In this document: one piece after another, positions 6,815 through 17,036 of the stretch
Layout of the letters: every line of letters begins with the position of its first letter
How positions within the stretch are numbered: position 1 is the first letter of the stretch
Virus record (IMG/VR): IMGVR_UViG_3300022858_000263
Location: 1 to 29,398 of that record
DNA length: 29,398 nucleotides
Strand: one strand, 5' to 3'
DNA from: a virus
Lineage: Duplodnaviria > Caudoviricetes
Position numbers and translations under genes: made by a program
Notes under the pieces: model-generated
Database searches by the model: none
Seen by the model: only the letters and a program-made list of their open reading frames with translations
Told to the model about the DNA's origin: nothing

Positions 6815-7294
6815 TTATTTTGGCTTGCTAAACAAAAATGCTCCATCAATATTGCGTTTTAATTTTCTTACAATTCTGCAAGTCTTTGTAACCGGATTAT
6901 AAGAATATGGATCTGCTGCTAAAAACCAAAATTTCCACCATACAGTCCAGCCAGTAACTAATATCCAATGTTGTGGGTTATAAGCCATTCTTACTCCTAT
7001 TGCTTTATTATCGCTATTAGCATATTCAATAAATGTTTTATTATCAGGCCTACCCCATACACGCTTTGTTTTCATATCCTTAAATTTGATAGAATCATGT
7101 ATTATCTTCCCATCATCCGTATATTTAAATAATTCTGCCCCATGTTTAGGAGAAAAATCAAAAACTTTATAGATTTTTTGGATGGCATTGCAGATGGTAG
7201 TATTTGCACACCCCCAATTCATTATTGTATAAATTGTATTACCCAATGTTTTTCTAGCCCAACTAGGATCAAGTTGAGAAAAATATTTAATCAT
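6815..7294 (-). CDS. Peptidase C39-like cysteine hydrolase, candidate endolysin
   Basis: YFSQLDPSW...GCANT (Cys), HWILVTG (His), ADP (Asp) papain-like triad. Confidence 0.75.
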   Translation of the reverse strand: MIKYFSQLDPSWARKTLGNTIYTIMNWGCANTTICNAIQKIYKVFDFSPKHGAELFKYTDDGKIIHDSIKFKDMKTKRVWGRPDNKTFIEYANSDNKAIGVRMAYNPQHWILVTGWTVWWKFWFLAADPYSYNPVTKTCRIVRKLKRNIDGAFLFSKPK

Positions 7295-7327
7295 AATATT
7301 TAAATTAAGTTATAAAGTGTGAAAGCT

Positions 7328-9334
7328 TTATTTAACAATATTTGTAGCATCTATTTTTGATTTAACCTTAGCTTTTTTCAAAGCTTCCACTGTTTTTTTA
7401 TTTAATCCCTTTAGCCACAATTGTCCTTTTTTACTGTTAAACACTCTAGCCATAATCCATTCTCCTAATACAGAAGTTCCACCTGTGGCCGGAGCAGATA
7501 ATATTCTTACTACTTGTTGAATTAATGCTGTTTGACTTCCTTTACTAACAGCAGTTCCTTTTGCTATTAATTGATTTATTTTATCTAGGTTTTTTAATTG
7601 TTTAATTTGTTCTGGTTCTAATAAGGCAGACAGTCTTTCATCTCCTATAGATTTTAATTGTTTTGAAAATCCAGCTGGTTTGAATCCAACATTAGGAGAT
7701 TTTGCACTTTCTAAAATATCTGATATTATTTTCCTTTGTATCTGTTCTGTTGTTTCTGCTCCAAGTGTAGAATAAATTTGTTCAATCTCATTAGTAGATA
7801 CCTTTGTTTTCGTCAATCTATCAGCTATGGTATCTACATCACCTGCTTTACCTAACTTTTGAATACTTTTTACAAAAGGTCTTTGTTTTAATGTTTCAAA
7901 TTCTGAAAATGCCTTATTAGCACTTGTTAATGCTTCACCAAGTTCTGGCACTTGTGCTGTAATTGCACTATCAATATCTTTTTTTAATGATCCATATAAT
8001 TTTCTAAATAATTTTTCATTAGTTGTTGGCACAAAAGAATCAAAATTAGCTAAATCACCAACTTCTTGAAGAGCTGCCCTCATTGTTTTTAAATCTTTAT
8101 TATTTTTTAACCCCTTTTGCATTGCCTTTAATTGTTTTATTTCAGTTGGACTGCCAACTCCTGTTTTAAGAGCTGTTTTTTTTCTATCTATTAATTCTGT
8201 AATTAATTTTTGTGCATTTGTGGTTTCAATAACAATTTTTTCATTGATCGGCAATCGAGTTTCTATTTCAGCTACATCATCATAAAGCTGTTTAATGACA
8301 GCCTTTCTTTCAGTTTCTACTGATTTGAATTTAGTTAAAATTTCTTCACCTAATTCACCACTAGTAGCAGCCTTTGCTTGTATATCATCAACAACTTTAG
8401 TAAAATCATCAACTGCTTTAGTTGCTCTTGCTTTTAATTTACCACCAAAAAATCCCTCTGCCAATATTTGTTCTGATTTTGCCTTTGCTGGAGATGCAAA
8501 AGATGAAGCTGGTAATTCTATACCATATTCAGCAGCCAATTGTTCAGCTTCAAAAGTTTTAATTACTCCCTCGTCTAAACTCGCTAAAATATCTTTTTTT
8601 GGTGTTTTTGAAGCTTTTAATGCTGTTCTTAATTTTGTCATTGATTCGCTTACTGCTTCAACAACCTTTGGAGTAGCCTTAACAACAGTTTCTGTTGTCG
8701 AAGCAACAGCTTTTCCAATAGCAAAAGATTCTACATATGGGATAAAATCTAACAACTGTACAGCTGTTAATCCAGACTGTCCTATAAGTTCTTTTGTTTC
8801 TGGTTCTAATTTATCTGATAAAAATTTCCCACCCTCAACAGCTTTAGTAATTTCTTTTAAAGCCTTTTCTTTAAGTGGATTTTCAATAAAATCAGGAATA
8901 ATTGCACTTAATCCTGATTTAAAATCTTCTCCTAACTTTTCTCCACCTCCAGTAATCCACTTTATTAATGGTTCAGCAACAGCAACTAATCCGGCAATTG
9001 GAGCACCAGCAGTACCCTTAACAGTACCTTGTACTTCTTTAAGAAAGCCAGTAGCCTTTTCACGCTTAGTATCTCCTAAGATACGCTGTTCAGTACCCCT
9101 ATTCATTATGTCTATTCCTTCTTGACGTGCTTGTCTTGATGCTTTTAAAAATCTATTAACAAAATTGCCAGAGTCTGGTTTTTGGATTTGTTCAGGTAGT
9201 TGTGCTGGTTGTTGTGCTTGTGGTTGTTGTTTAGGTTGAGAAACTATACTAACATTACCTTTTTTCTGTAAATCAGCTAAAGATATTGTTTTAATATCAC
9301 CCTTTTTTTGTAAATCAGCTAAAGTAATTGACAT
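7328..9334 (-). CDS. Putative internal virion / DNA ejection protein
   Basis: 668-aa A/K-rich helical protein, third of three large ORFs after the tail genes, as in podoviruses. Confidence 0.6.
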   Translation of the reverse strand: MSITLADLQKKGDIKTISLADLQKKGNVSIVSQPKQQPQAQQPAQLPEQIQKPDSGNFVNRFLKASRQARQEGIDIMNRGTEQRILGDTKREKATGFLKEVQGTVKGTAGAPIAGLVAVAEPLIKWITGGGEKLGEDFKSGLSAIIPDFIENPLKEKALKEITKAVEGGKFLSDKLEPETKELIGQSGLTAVQLLDFIPYVESFAIGKAVASTTETVVKATPKVVEAVSESMTKLRTALKASKTPKKDILASLDEGVIKTFEAEQLAAEYGIELPASSFASPAKAKSEQILAEGFFGGKLKARATKAVDDFTKVVDDIQAKAATSGELGEEILTKFKSVETERKAVIKQLYDDVAEIETRLPINEKIVIETTNAQKLITELIDRKKTALKTGVGSPTEIKQLKAMQKGLKNNKDLKTMRAALQEVGDLANFDSFVPTTNEKLFRKLYGSLKKDIDSAITAQVPELGEALTSANKAFSEFETLKQRPFVKSIQKLGKAGDVDTIADRLTKTKVSTNEIEQIYSTLGAETTEQIQRKIISDILESAKSPNVGFKPAGFSKQLKSIGDERLSALLEPEQIKQLKNLDKINQLIAKGTAVSKGSQTALIQQVVRILSAPATGGTSVLGEWIMARVFNSKKGQLWLKGLNKKTVEALKKAKVKSKIDATNIVK

Positions 9335-9336
9335 TT

Positions 9337-11463
9337 TTATTGTGGGTTAAAGGTTCCATCTCCATTGGATAAATATTTTTGACCAGCCACTTCTACTACT
9401 GTACCTTTTGGATATTCATTGCTCTCAGTAGTTGGATCAAATTCTTCTGAATCAATACCATTTTTAAGTAAAAGCCTTTTTGATTCTTCACTAAAAATAG
9501 GTTGTGGTATTGTTTCTTCCATTGTTCTTTCATACTGTTCTCTCATAGATCTTATATTCATTCCTACCAATTCCATAACACCAGCATAAGAAGCTCTCAT
9601 CTGTTCAGGAGATTCACTTTCAACCAACTCTTTTAACCATCTTTCTGCCTCCGCTTCAGGAACTACACCCTTACCACCCTTAAATAATCTACCTAATTTT
9701 TGCGACATACCTTGAGCAACAATTCTAAATGCTTTAACTTCTGGCTTACCTGTTTCAGCTTTAAATGTTTGTTCAATAGCGTTCCACTTAGGCAACCAAG
9801 TAGTTCCTAATGCTGAAGCTTTTTCATTCAATACTTCCAAATCACCAGCTATTTCATTGGCCACTCTCATGTTTTCGGAAAAATCACCTGATTGATAACT
9901 TTGATAAAACTTGTATTTACCAGGCAACTTAATAGGATCGAAATCCGGATTTAACTCTCTTGCTGCAGCAAATATTTTTGATCTAGCACCACTTCTTATA
10001 GATTCTACTTTTGCTGGATCAACTTTATATTGTGATGCTAATTCTGCAATTAATTGTTTTTCCTGTGGTAATGTATTATAACTCATACCTCCTTTTTCTA
10101 TTGTGCCATCATCTATTTTTTTCTGAATACTATCTTCAAAAACTTCATTATATCTATTTACATCATCTCTTAACTCTTTAGGTACAGCAGTTATTTTAGC
10201 TTCACCCTCCATAATTTGATTACCCCAATCTATAACACTCTGATCAAATTGCATATCTCCACCATCTGAAATTCCACTCAATTTCTGTGCTATCTCAGGC
10301 TTTAAATTAGCTTCAACAAAACCCCAATTAGCCTCACCACTAGCTGTATCTGAATAAGAATTGCTTAAATCATCAATATTATAGTCATTAACTTCCATTT
10401 TGTGATCACCTTTTTTATTCCATTCAACTACTTGTACATTCCTTGTTTCAGGATTCCAATCTATTACTGTACTAGCATGCCCCCATTGTGTATTATTTTT
10501 AGTAACTAGCTTATCCCCAATAGTAGGATTATCATAATGAGTTACTTTTCCTATTTTATCCTCAAAACTATTACCAAGCCATTGTGCATCACCAGATTCA
10601 CCAGTTGTAATTCTATTAGACATATAAGCACATTCTCCGTATAAATCACTATTAGGATCACCAATATCAGCAAACATGCCTTCAAAACTACCTGTAGGTA
10701 CATAATCACCATTAACATAAGTGTAACCCTTTTCTTGAGCATCTAATTTTTCTGATGCTGTAGGTTCTAGGCCTCTTAAGAAATTTTCCTTTTCCTTAAA
10801 CAAATCTACTTCTCTTTCCACTAAAGCCATTGCTTGCTCCTGTTGTACAATATTACTAATCATACCATCAAGCCGACCTCTTTCTTCATTATACTGATTT
10901 ATGGCAAATTCATAATTATTTGCTAAGGATTTATATTCCTCACTTACAAATGTACCAGCTTTATCAAGAACATTAGTAAAACTACCATATCTATCTTGCA
11001 TAGCTTTGGAATTTTGATCCATTGACTGCATAAGCGTAGTAAAACCTGCTACACCTGTTTGTGGTATACCAGCATCCTTAAATAGCTCGCTAGTACCCAA
11101 TGGTTGTGCCCCTACGTCTGTTTTAGTCCTCAAGGCATCTTCTAGTACCCCCATCATTTGTTCGGGCTTAAATCCAGTATAAGCAGCTTGAGCTTCCCCC
11201 ATTGCTGTACCTGCCTGTCCGGCCAATTTGCTTTGGCCTTTCACCAAAGTTTTATAATCAGTCAAACCACTTAATTCATCAGGTGAATAAGTAGCTTCAA
11301 ACAAATCCTTTTCAATATCAGGAGTTATTTGGGATGGATCAAGGCCAAGCTCATTAATTTTAGTAGCTTCCCTGCTTGGATCTCTAGCAGGTGCAGTTGG
11401 CTCACTAAAACCACTTGCTTCCTGTGCTGCTCTTGATGCTTCTAATGCTTCTAAGTTAGCCAT
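9337..11463 (-). CDS. Putative ejection protein with internal CHAP peptidoglycan-hydrolase domain
   Basis: YGECAY (Cys, 10630-10632), PTIGD, WGHAS (His, 10477-10479) and VVEWN CHAP motifs within a helical protein. Confidence 0.72.
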   Translation of the reverse strand: MANLEALEASRAAQEASGFSEPTAPARDPSREATKINELGLDPSQITPDIEKDLFEATYSPDELSGLTDYKTLVKGQSKLAGQAGTAMGEAQAAYTGFKPEQMMGVLEDALRTKTDVGAQPLGTSELFKDAGIPQTGVAGFTTLMQSMDQNSKAMQDRYGSFTNVLDKAGTFVSEEYKSLANNYEFAINQYNEERGRLDGMISNIVQQEQAMALVEREVDLFKEKENFLRGLEPTASEKLDAQEKGYTYVNGDYVPTGSFEGMFADIGDPNSDLYGECAYMSNRITTGESGDAQWLGNSFEDKIGKVTHYDNPTIGDKLVTKNNTQWGHASTVIDWNPETRNVQVVEWNKKGDHKMEVNDYNIDDLSNSYSDTASGEANWGFVEANLKPEIAQKLSGISDGGDMQFDQSVIDWGNQIMEGEAKITAVPKELRDDVNRYNEVFEDSIQKKIDDGTIEKGGMSYNTLPQEKQLIAELASQYKVDPAKVESIRSGARSKIFAAARELNPDFDPIKLPGKYKFYQSYQSGDFSENMRVANEIAGDLEVLNEKASALGTTWLPKWNAIEQTFKAETGKPEVKAFRIVAQGMSQKLGRLFKGGKGVVPEAEAERWLKELVESESPEQMRASYAGVMELVGMNIRSMREQYERTMEETIPQPIFSEESKRLLLKNGIDSEEFDPTTESNEYPKGTVVEVAGQKYLSNGDGTFNPQ

Positions 11464-11484
11464 ATTATATATTGAAGTTAAACA

Positions 11485-13062
11485 TTAAAAATTAAAATTA
11501 AGTGGTTTCTGATAATCGAAATTTTGTCTTTGCTGACCTGCTAAGCCAGAAAGTACATTAGCTTCAGCAGTTTGTTTATTTTGATCTATTGTACCTTGTG
11601 AAACACCTCTAGGAGTAAAGCCTTGTACAAGGTTATTCTGTCCTAAAGTATTCTCTGCCTGCCTACCAAGAGTATCAATAGCTTGCTGATAAGATCTTTG
11701 TGAACCGGATGATATTAATCTATTTTGAGTTGGCACTAATCCTTCTCCAACTGGTTTTTCACCTCCAAATGGCACTTTACCACCAAAAGCTGATTCAGTA
11801 CCAAGTTGTTTAGCACCCTCTGAGCTGAAAGTTAAACCTCGTCTAGCCAAATCCTCCTGAGTACCCTCAATCCTTTCTCCTGCCTGTATTCCCTGAGCTT
11901 CTAATTCCTCTGATCTTGATTGTTCCAAATTACCATAAGCAGTTTGAACATCCTTTTTAAAAATATCCGCTTGTTCTGCAAAATATGGTGAAATTGTACT
12001 TTCAGAAATAGTATCAAATTCTTTTAAAACATTATCCATATTCAATTCCTTATTAACATCCCAATTCCTTACAACTGTTTTAAATAAACTTGCAGTATCT
12101 TGGTTAAGTAATCCACTAGCAACAGCAGCATCTAATTGTTGTAAAGCCAAAGTTGTATTATCGTCTGCTCCAACAGAAGCACCAGCTTGTTCTCCATTTT
12201 GCCCAGTTGGTGTAGTAGTCGCATTTGCATTTGCACCAGCTTGACCTCCGGTTGTTGGTTTAGCACTTAGCCAATCCTGATAAGAAGATGGTTTGCCTTG
12301 TGATTGTTGCTGTGCAGCCCAAGTAGGATAAGGCACACCTGTTTTATTCTGTTCTGAAATAGTACCCTCTCCAGGCCTTGTTGTATCAACCTCTCTTCCG
12401 TTAATACCTTGTTCTTTTAATTGGCTATATTGTTCTTGTGAAGATTCTGGGTATATTCTTTTAAAACCAGTATATGACATACTTTGTGCATCCTGCATTT
12501 TATCTTCATTTTCTACTTTGTCCTGTTCCTCATATGCTTTTATAGTATCACCAAACCCTGCATCTGGTAAAAGACTATTTAATGATGTAGCTGCATTTCT
12601 TACATGTATATCCTTGTTTTCAGGATCAAATATTGCTGATACATAACTAGGAAGAACTGAACTTAAAACATCCCAGTCTTTTTCATGTTCAGGGCTTTGG
12701 TATCCACCATATGTCATTTTGAACATATCTTGATTCATGTGCTGTGAAACAAGACCTGCTAAATATGATGGAGTGAGTTCATGCCCACGACTTGATGTTC
12801 TACCTACATTTCTAAGTTCACGACTTGCTTCATCAAGTGTCCATTTAACTTGATTTTTACCCTCTCGTGTAGTCATTAAATTTATAAGATCAGTAGCCCC
12901 AAGTTCCTTGATTAAGCCTTGCTGACGAATTTCACTTTCGTATTCCCTTTGAGCTTTGGCAGATCCACCAAATATTTCATATGCAGTATTTGGCCTATCT
13001 TGATCAACCCAATCATTGAAAGAGCCTGTAAATCCTTCTTTTTTTGCTGATAAATATGTCAT
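11485..13062 (-). CDS. Putative internal virion / ejection protein
   Basis: Q/G/S-rich, with ISPYFAEQ...EDLARRGLTFSS pattern typical of podoviral pilot proteins; position. Confidence 0.58.
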   Translation of the reverse strand: MTYLSAKKEGFTGSFNDWVDQDRPNTAYEIFGGSAKAQREYESEIRQQGLIKELGATDLINLMTTREGKNQVKWTLDEASRELRNVGRTSSRGHELTPSYLAGLVSQHMNQDMFKMTYGGYQSPEHEKDWDVLSSVLPSYVSAIFDPENKDIHVRNAATSLNSLLPDAGFGDTIKAYEEQDKVENEDKMQDAQSMSYTGFKRIYPESSQEQYSQLKEQGINGREVDTTRPGEGTISEQNKTGVPYPTWAAQQQSQGKPSSYQDWLSAKPTTGGQAGANANATTTPTGQNGEQAGASVGADDNTTLALQQLDAAVASGLLNQDTASLFKTVVRNWDVNKELNMDNVLKEFDTISESTISPYFAEQADIFKKDVQTAYGNLEQSRSEELEAQGIQAGERIEGTQEDLARRGLTFSSEGAKQLGTESAFGGKVPFGGEKPVGEGLVPTQNRLISSGSQRSYQQAIDTLGRQAENTLGQNNLVQGFTPRGVSQGTIDQNKQTAEANVLSGLAGQQRQNFDYQKPLNFNF

Positions 13063-13066
13063 AGTA

Positions 13067-13360
13067 TTAATTTAGTAAATGATTAGATTTGCGTTTAAAT
13101 ATATCTTTTTGTAATTTTTCATGTCTTATATCGTGATCACCTTCATCTTTTAATTTTATACCTCCTATATTAACTGAGCCTATTCCACTTTTTATTTTAA
13201 CATTTTCTCTACCTAATAAATAATAAAATAATATTTTATAATCTGTATTTTTAATTTGATGTAAATCATTAATATTGTGTTTATACAATTTATTTTTTGG
13301 AATATGAGATAAAAATCCTGTTACAAACCCGTTGTTGTCTTTTAAAAATTTAATATACAT
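13067..13360 (-). CDS. Small protein after tail fibre (possible assembly chaperone)
   Basis: Start placed at MYIKF (13360), overlapping the fibre gene end; function inferred from position only. Confidence 0.55.
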   Translation of the reverse strand: MYIKFLKDNNGFVTGFLSHIPKNKLYKHNINDLHQIKNTDYKILFYYLLGRENVKIKSGIGSVNIGGIKLKDEGDHDIRHEKLQKDIFKRKSNHLLN

Positions 13361-15584
13361 TTGGAACTGTTTTAATTGTTGATGAACCACTTGCACCTAT
13401 ATCACCTACTACACCATTATCTCCAGTATCACCTGTACCTGCACCACCATTACCTGCACCACCTGCTGCACCTGCACCTATTGTTATTGTAGGAGCTACA
13501 TAAGATTCTCCATAAACTAATCTTAATTCACCTGCATCCCCACCATCACCTCCACCACCTCCTCCACCTCCATATCCACCACCTCCTGCATCTCCACCAT
13601 CACCTCCTGCATCTCCATCACCACCATCACATTTAATAGTTCCACTTGTACCATCAAAATCTGCACCTATATTAATTATTGTATCTACACCTCCATTACC
13701 ACTTTCACCCCCAGAAGCACCACCACCTGCCATACCATCCCCACCATCTGCACCAAATCCTGTATCACCATCTGCACCTACACCATATCCACTTCCACCT
13801 ACAGTACCAGCACCACCACCAGCACCACCAGCAGAAGTAGAATAAACACCTCCACCACCAGCACTATCAATTGCATCATCTGCACTTACTCCTGTTACAC
13901 CATCTGTACCATTACCAAGTGGTGTTGAACCTCCTGATGCACCACCACCTGCACCACCTCTATCAAGTCCTCCACCACCACCTTTTCCACCAGCACCACC
14001 ACCAGTACCATCACCTCCATCACCACCAAAATAAGCAGTAGCACCATAATTTGAACCTCCTCCTCCTCCACCTCCATTACCATTCTTCTTTCCAGTTGGT
14101 GTAAAAGTATCACCATTATATAAATTAACAGCAGATGTAGCAGCTAAATCAGTAATTTTATCACTAAAATCAATAGTACCAGTAACAGTCATATCCTGCT
14201 GACAAAGAAGGTACATTATTCCAGTAGTTCCAGTTGTTGAAAGTGTAGCCCCTGATGCTACAGAAATAGCGTTATACTGCCATTTTTGAATTGCTATATT
14301 TGTTGTTCCTGATGTTACATTTAATATTCCATCAGAACCATCACCTCCAAAACTCGATACAACAGGATTAATCCCATTAATAGTTGAATCTCCTGTAATT
14401 ATTATCTGATCAAAAGCCACATTACTCATATCCCCCTGAATAAGTAATTGATTAGCCGATTTATCCCATTTCATTCCCTTTCCACCAACATAATCTCCAG
14501 TTATTACATCTCCTACATCTGTTCCAGTTAAATTAATCTGAAAAATTACATCACCATCATCATCATAAGCAAGAAGATTATCAGAAGTCAAAACTACACG
14601 ACTTCCACTTGCTGCTGTTTGTATTGTTGCACCTGTTATTGTACCGGCTGTTATTGTACCTAAATTAGAAGTAATCGCAGATATTTGAGATACATTCATC
14701 TCATTAGCTGTAATAGAATTAGCAACAATCTGATTAACTGAAATTAAATGACTACTACCACCTTTACCACCAAAAACTTGATATTCAGCATCTTTAGCCA
14801 CATCAGCTACAGGTTTTGCAACAGCTACTAAAATTTTTCCTGAACCAACAGCAGTAGCAGCAGTTGTAGTAACCTGAAAACCTGTAGCTGAAACCGCTAT
14901 ATCCAAATAAATATAGTTAGTAACACCAGCAGTCATATTGCCAGTATTACCGCTAGTTATTGCATAAGTAGTGCTATCCATTAATCTTAAAGTACCAGAT
15001 GCCCATGCCACCACCCTATAATCCGTTGCACTATAAGCACCATTAAATTGCCATCCTTGTATTGCAATTTCTGATCCTGTTTGTAAATCTTTTATAGTAA
15101 CATTACTTTCTAATATTATATTTTGAAATTTAGATGCTCCATTTTTAAGAATATAAGCTGCAGCATTATCATTATCAGAAGCAAAATCAGCTACATTACA
15201 TCCAATCCACATATCACCATCACTATTAACATGATATGAATTTGCTGTTGTTTTATCCGGTATATGTATTTCACCAGCAGTTAAAGAACCAGCAATGGTT
15301 AAAGTTGTACCATCCCATGTAACCTTATTTCCTGTGCTATCACCAAAAAATAATAAGGCTGTACCATCCGCATCTCTTCCTATCCACCATCCAATTCCCT
15401 CATTATATCCACTTGCACCGCCTCTCATGTGCTGATTAACCTGAAAAGTATCTATAGTCATTTTGGATAAATCAATACTTTTGTTTGGTATTTCCTGATT
15501 TACAGAAGCTAACGGAAGATCCTCCGTTATTACAGATATTGGTTTAACATTGTTTTTATAGCCAAGATCGGCAATACTAGGCAT
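13350..15584 (-). CDS. Tail fibre/spike with glycine-rich C-terminal domain
   Basis: ITANEMNVSQISAITSNLGTITAGTITGATIQT beta-helix repeats, FGGDGSDG motif, ~240-aa GGX-rich tip. Confidence 0.75.
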   Translation of the reverse strand: MPSIADLGYKNNVKPISVITEDLPLASVNQEIPNKSIDLSKMTIDTFQVNQHMRGGASGYNEGIGWWIGRDADGTALLFFGDSTGNKVTWDGTTLTIAGSLTAGEIHIPDKTTANSYHVNSDGDMWIGCNVADFASDNDNAAAYILKNGASKFQNIILESNVTIKDLQTGSEIAIQGWQFNGAYSATDYRVVAWASGTLRLMDSTTYAITSGNTGNMTAGVTNYIYLDIAVSATGFQVTTTAATAVGSGKILVAVAKPVADVAKDAEYQVFGGKGGSSHLISVNQIVANSITANEMNVSQISAITSNLGTITAGTITGATIQTAASGSRVVLTSDNLLAYDDDGDVIFQINLTGTDVGDVITGDYVGGKGMKWDKSANQLLIQGDMSNVAFDQIIITGDSTINGINPVVSSFGGDGSDGILNVTSGTTNIAIQKWQYNAISVASGATLSTTGTTGIMYLLCQQDMTVTGTIDFSDKITDLAATSAVNLYNGDTFTPTGKKNGNGGGGGGGSNYGATAYFGGDGGDGTGGGAGGKGGGGGLDRGGAGGGASGGSTPLGNGTDGVTGVSADDAIDSAGGGGVYSTSAGGAGGGAGTVGGSGYGVGADGDTGFGADGGDGMAGGGASGGESGNGGVDTIINIGADFDGTSGTIKCDGGDGDAGGDGGDAGGGGYGGGGGGGGDGGDAGELRLVYGESYVAPTITIGAGAAGGAGNGGAGTGDTGDNGVVGDIGASGSSTIKTVPNVY

Positions 15585-15587
15585 AAC

Positions 15588-17036
15588 TTATAAAATTTTA
15601 GAAGCTTTTTGTACATCCATTTCAATACCATAGAAACTCCAATATGGTAATGAGCTTTTTTCAGAACCAGCTATTTGTAAAATAACCCCATTCTTAACAT
15701 TTACTTCAAATTGATTAATGAATTTAGTTAGCATACCAATAGGTAGAAATTCAGAAGCTGCCCTTGAGTTTGTATCAATCACTCTAGCAAATAATTTCAA
15801 CCCCTGTGCTCTTTCTGAATAAGCTCTCAATTCCTGCATATCCTTTTCAAAAGTCAAATCATTAATAATAATAGGAGCTAATTCAAAATAAGAAGCAATA
15901 TCATGGCCATCATCTGCCGAAACAAGAGCTGCATCAGTATATTTGGCTTTATTCATAACTTCACCATCAGCACAACCCATATATAACCTTTCTCTTCCTG
16001 AATCTAATTTTTTTGCAAATATAGTAATATCATCATAAAGCTCTCTCCACCTCCAACCTTGTGTAGCAAAATTATATGTCAATTTACAATTAGTATAAGT
16101 TATACCATCAACTGTAACAGTACCAACATATAAATTGTATTCTTCATCAACAACTTCAGCAAAAAATGAAGATGGTGTACCATTTCTAATAAAATCAATT
16201 ATTTTCCCACCAATAGGCATTGGTTGCCCACCTGTGGTAAGCCAAACATTAGTTTGGTTACAAAAGACCATGAATTGACCATTATTTTTAATAGTACGAT
16301 GATAAGCCCCCTCATCCCAAACTTGCTTAAATGAGCTTCCATCGTACATGTAAGCCTTCTGATCAGTAAAGACCATTAACCTTTCCCAATTAACACAACC
16401 ACCTGTTATTTCCTCACCATAGCCAACATTAATAGCTGATGGTGTCCATGTTACTGTTCCACCAACTGGTATTTCTGAATAATAAGCTGAATATGGATAT
16501 AAAGTAGCTCCTATTTTACAATTTAAAACATAAAGTCTATCGTGATATTTTACTACATATTTACCCTGTGGCATATTTGTAACATTCGTTACAGTTGAAA
16601 ATGTTGTACCAGTTAAAGATCCAACAGGAAGAAACACATCATCCGTTGCATCATAACCAACAGCAAAAGCATATCCAATAAAATTTTCAAATTCCACCTT
16701 ACAATCCTCATATCCATCCCAAGCATTTGTTAGAACAATATCAGTCCACGTTCCTGCATTATTGTATTTTAAGGTTAAATTAGTTCCTGCAGTATTATTA
16801 ATAGTGGCTAATGTCTTTTGTGTACCTCCGGCTGGCCTCCAATCAAAAAGACCTGTTTCCCCTTTACCTGCCTCAAGAGTATCTCCAACCTGGCTGTACC
16901 CCACATCTTTCAGCATTGCCCCTAATTTGTGCGAAACATTAGCACCAGATAATACAAAACAACTATTTGGTTCAGCTATAAATGGTGAAACATTTGTGTT
17001 TCCCCCTGCCAAGAAATTTAGACGTTGTAATATCAT
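15588..17036 (-). CDS. Putative tail nozzle / stabilisation protein (P22 gp10/T7 gp12-like)
   Basis: 482-aa beta-propeller-like pattern (KYVVKYHDRLY, GEEITG, LMVF, LYMGCADG); directly follows the adaptor. Confidence 0.68.
   Translation of the reverse strand: MILQRLNFLAGGNTNVSPFIAEPNSCFVLSGANVSHKLGAMLKDVGYSQVGDTLEAGKGETGLFDWRPAGGTQKTLATINNTAGTNLTLKYNNAGTWTDIVLTNAWDGYEDCKVEFENFIGYAFAVGYDATDDVFLPVGSLTGTTFSTVTNVTNMPQGKYVVKYHDRLYVLNCKIGATLYPYSAYYSEIPVGGTVTWTPSAINVGYGEEITGGCVNWERLMVFTDQKAYMYDGSSFKQVWDEGAYHRTIKNNGQFMVFCNQTNVWLTTGGQPMPIGGKIIDFIRNGTPSSFFAEVVDEEYNLYVGTVTVDGITYTNCKLTYNFATQGWRWRELYDDITIFAKKLDSGRERLYMGCADGEVMNKAKYTDAALVSADDGHDIASYFELAPIIINDLTFEKDMQELRAYSERAQGLKLFARVIDTNSRAASEFLPIGMLTKFINQFEVNVKNGVILQIAGSEKSSLPYWSFYGIEMDVQKASKIL

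Noticed and set aside
8295-9125. 276-aa + strand ORF and other + ORFs within the structural block (16762, 18183, 21600, 24511, 25089, 25276, 27257, 27839, 28988)
   Set aside because: Antisense to convincing - strand genes; composition reflects codon bias and no motifs are present.
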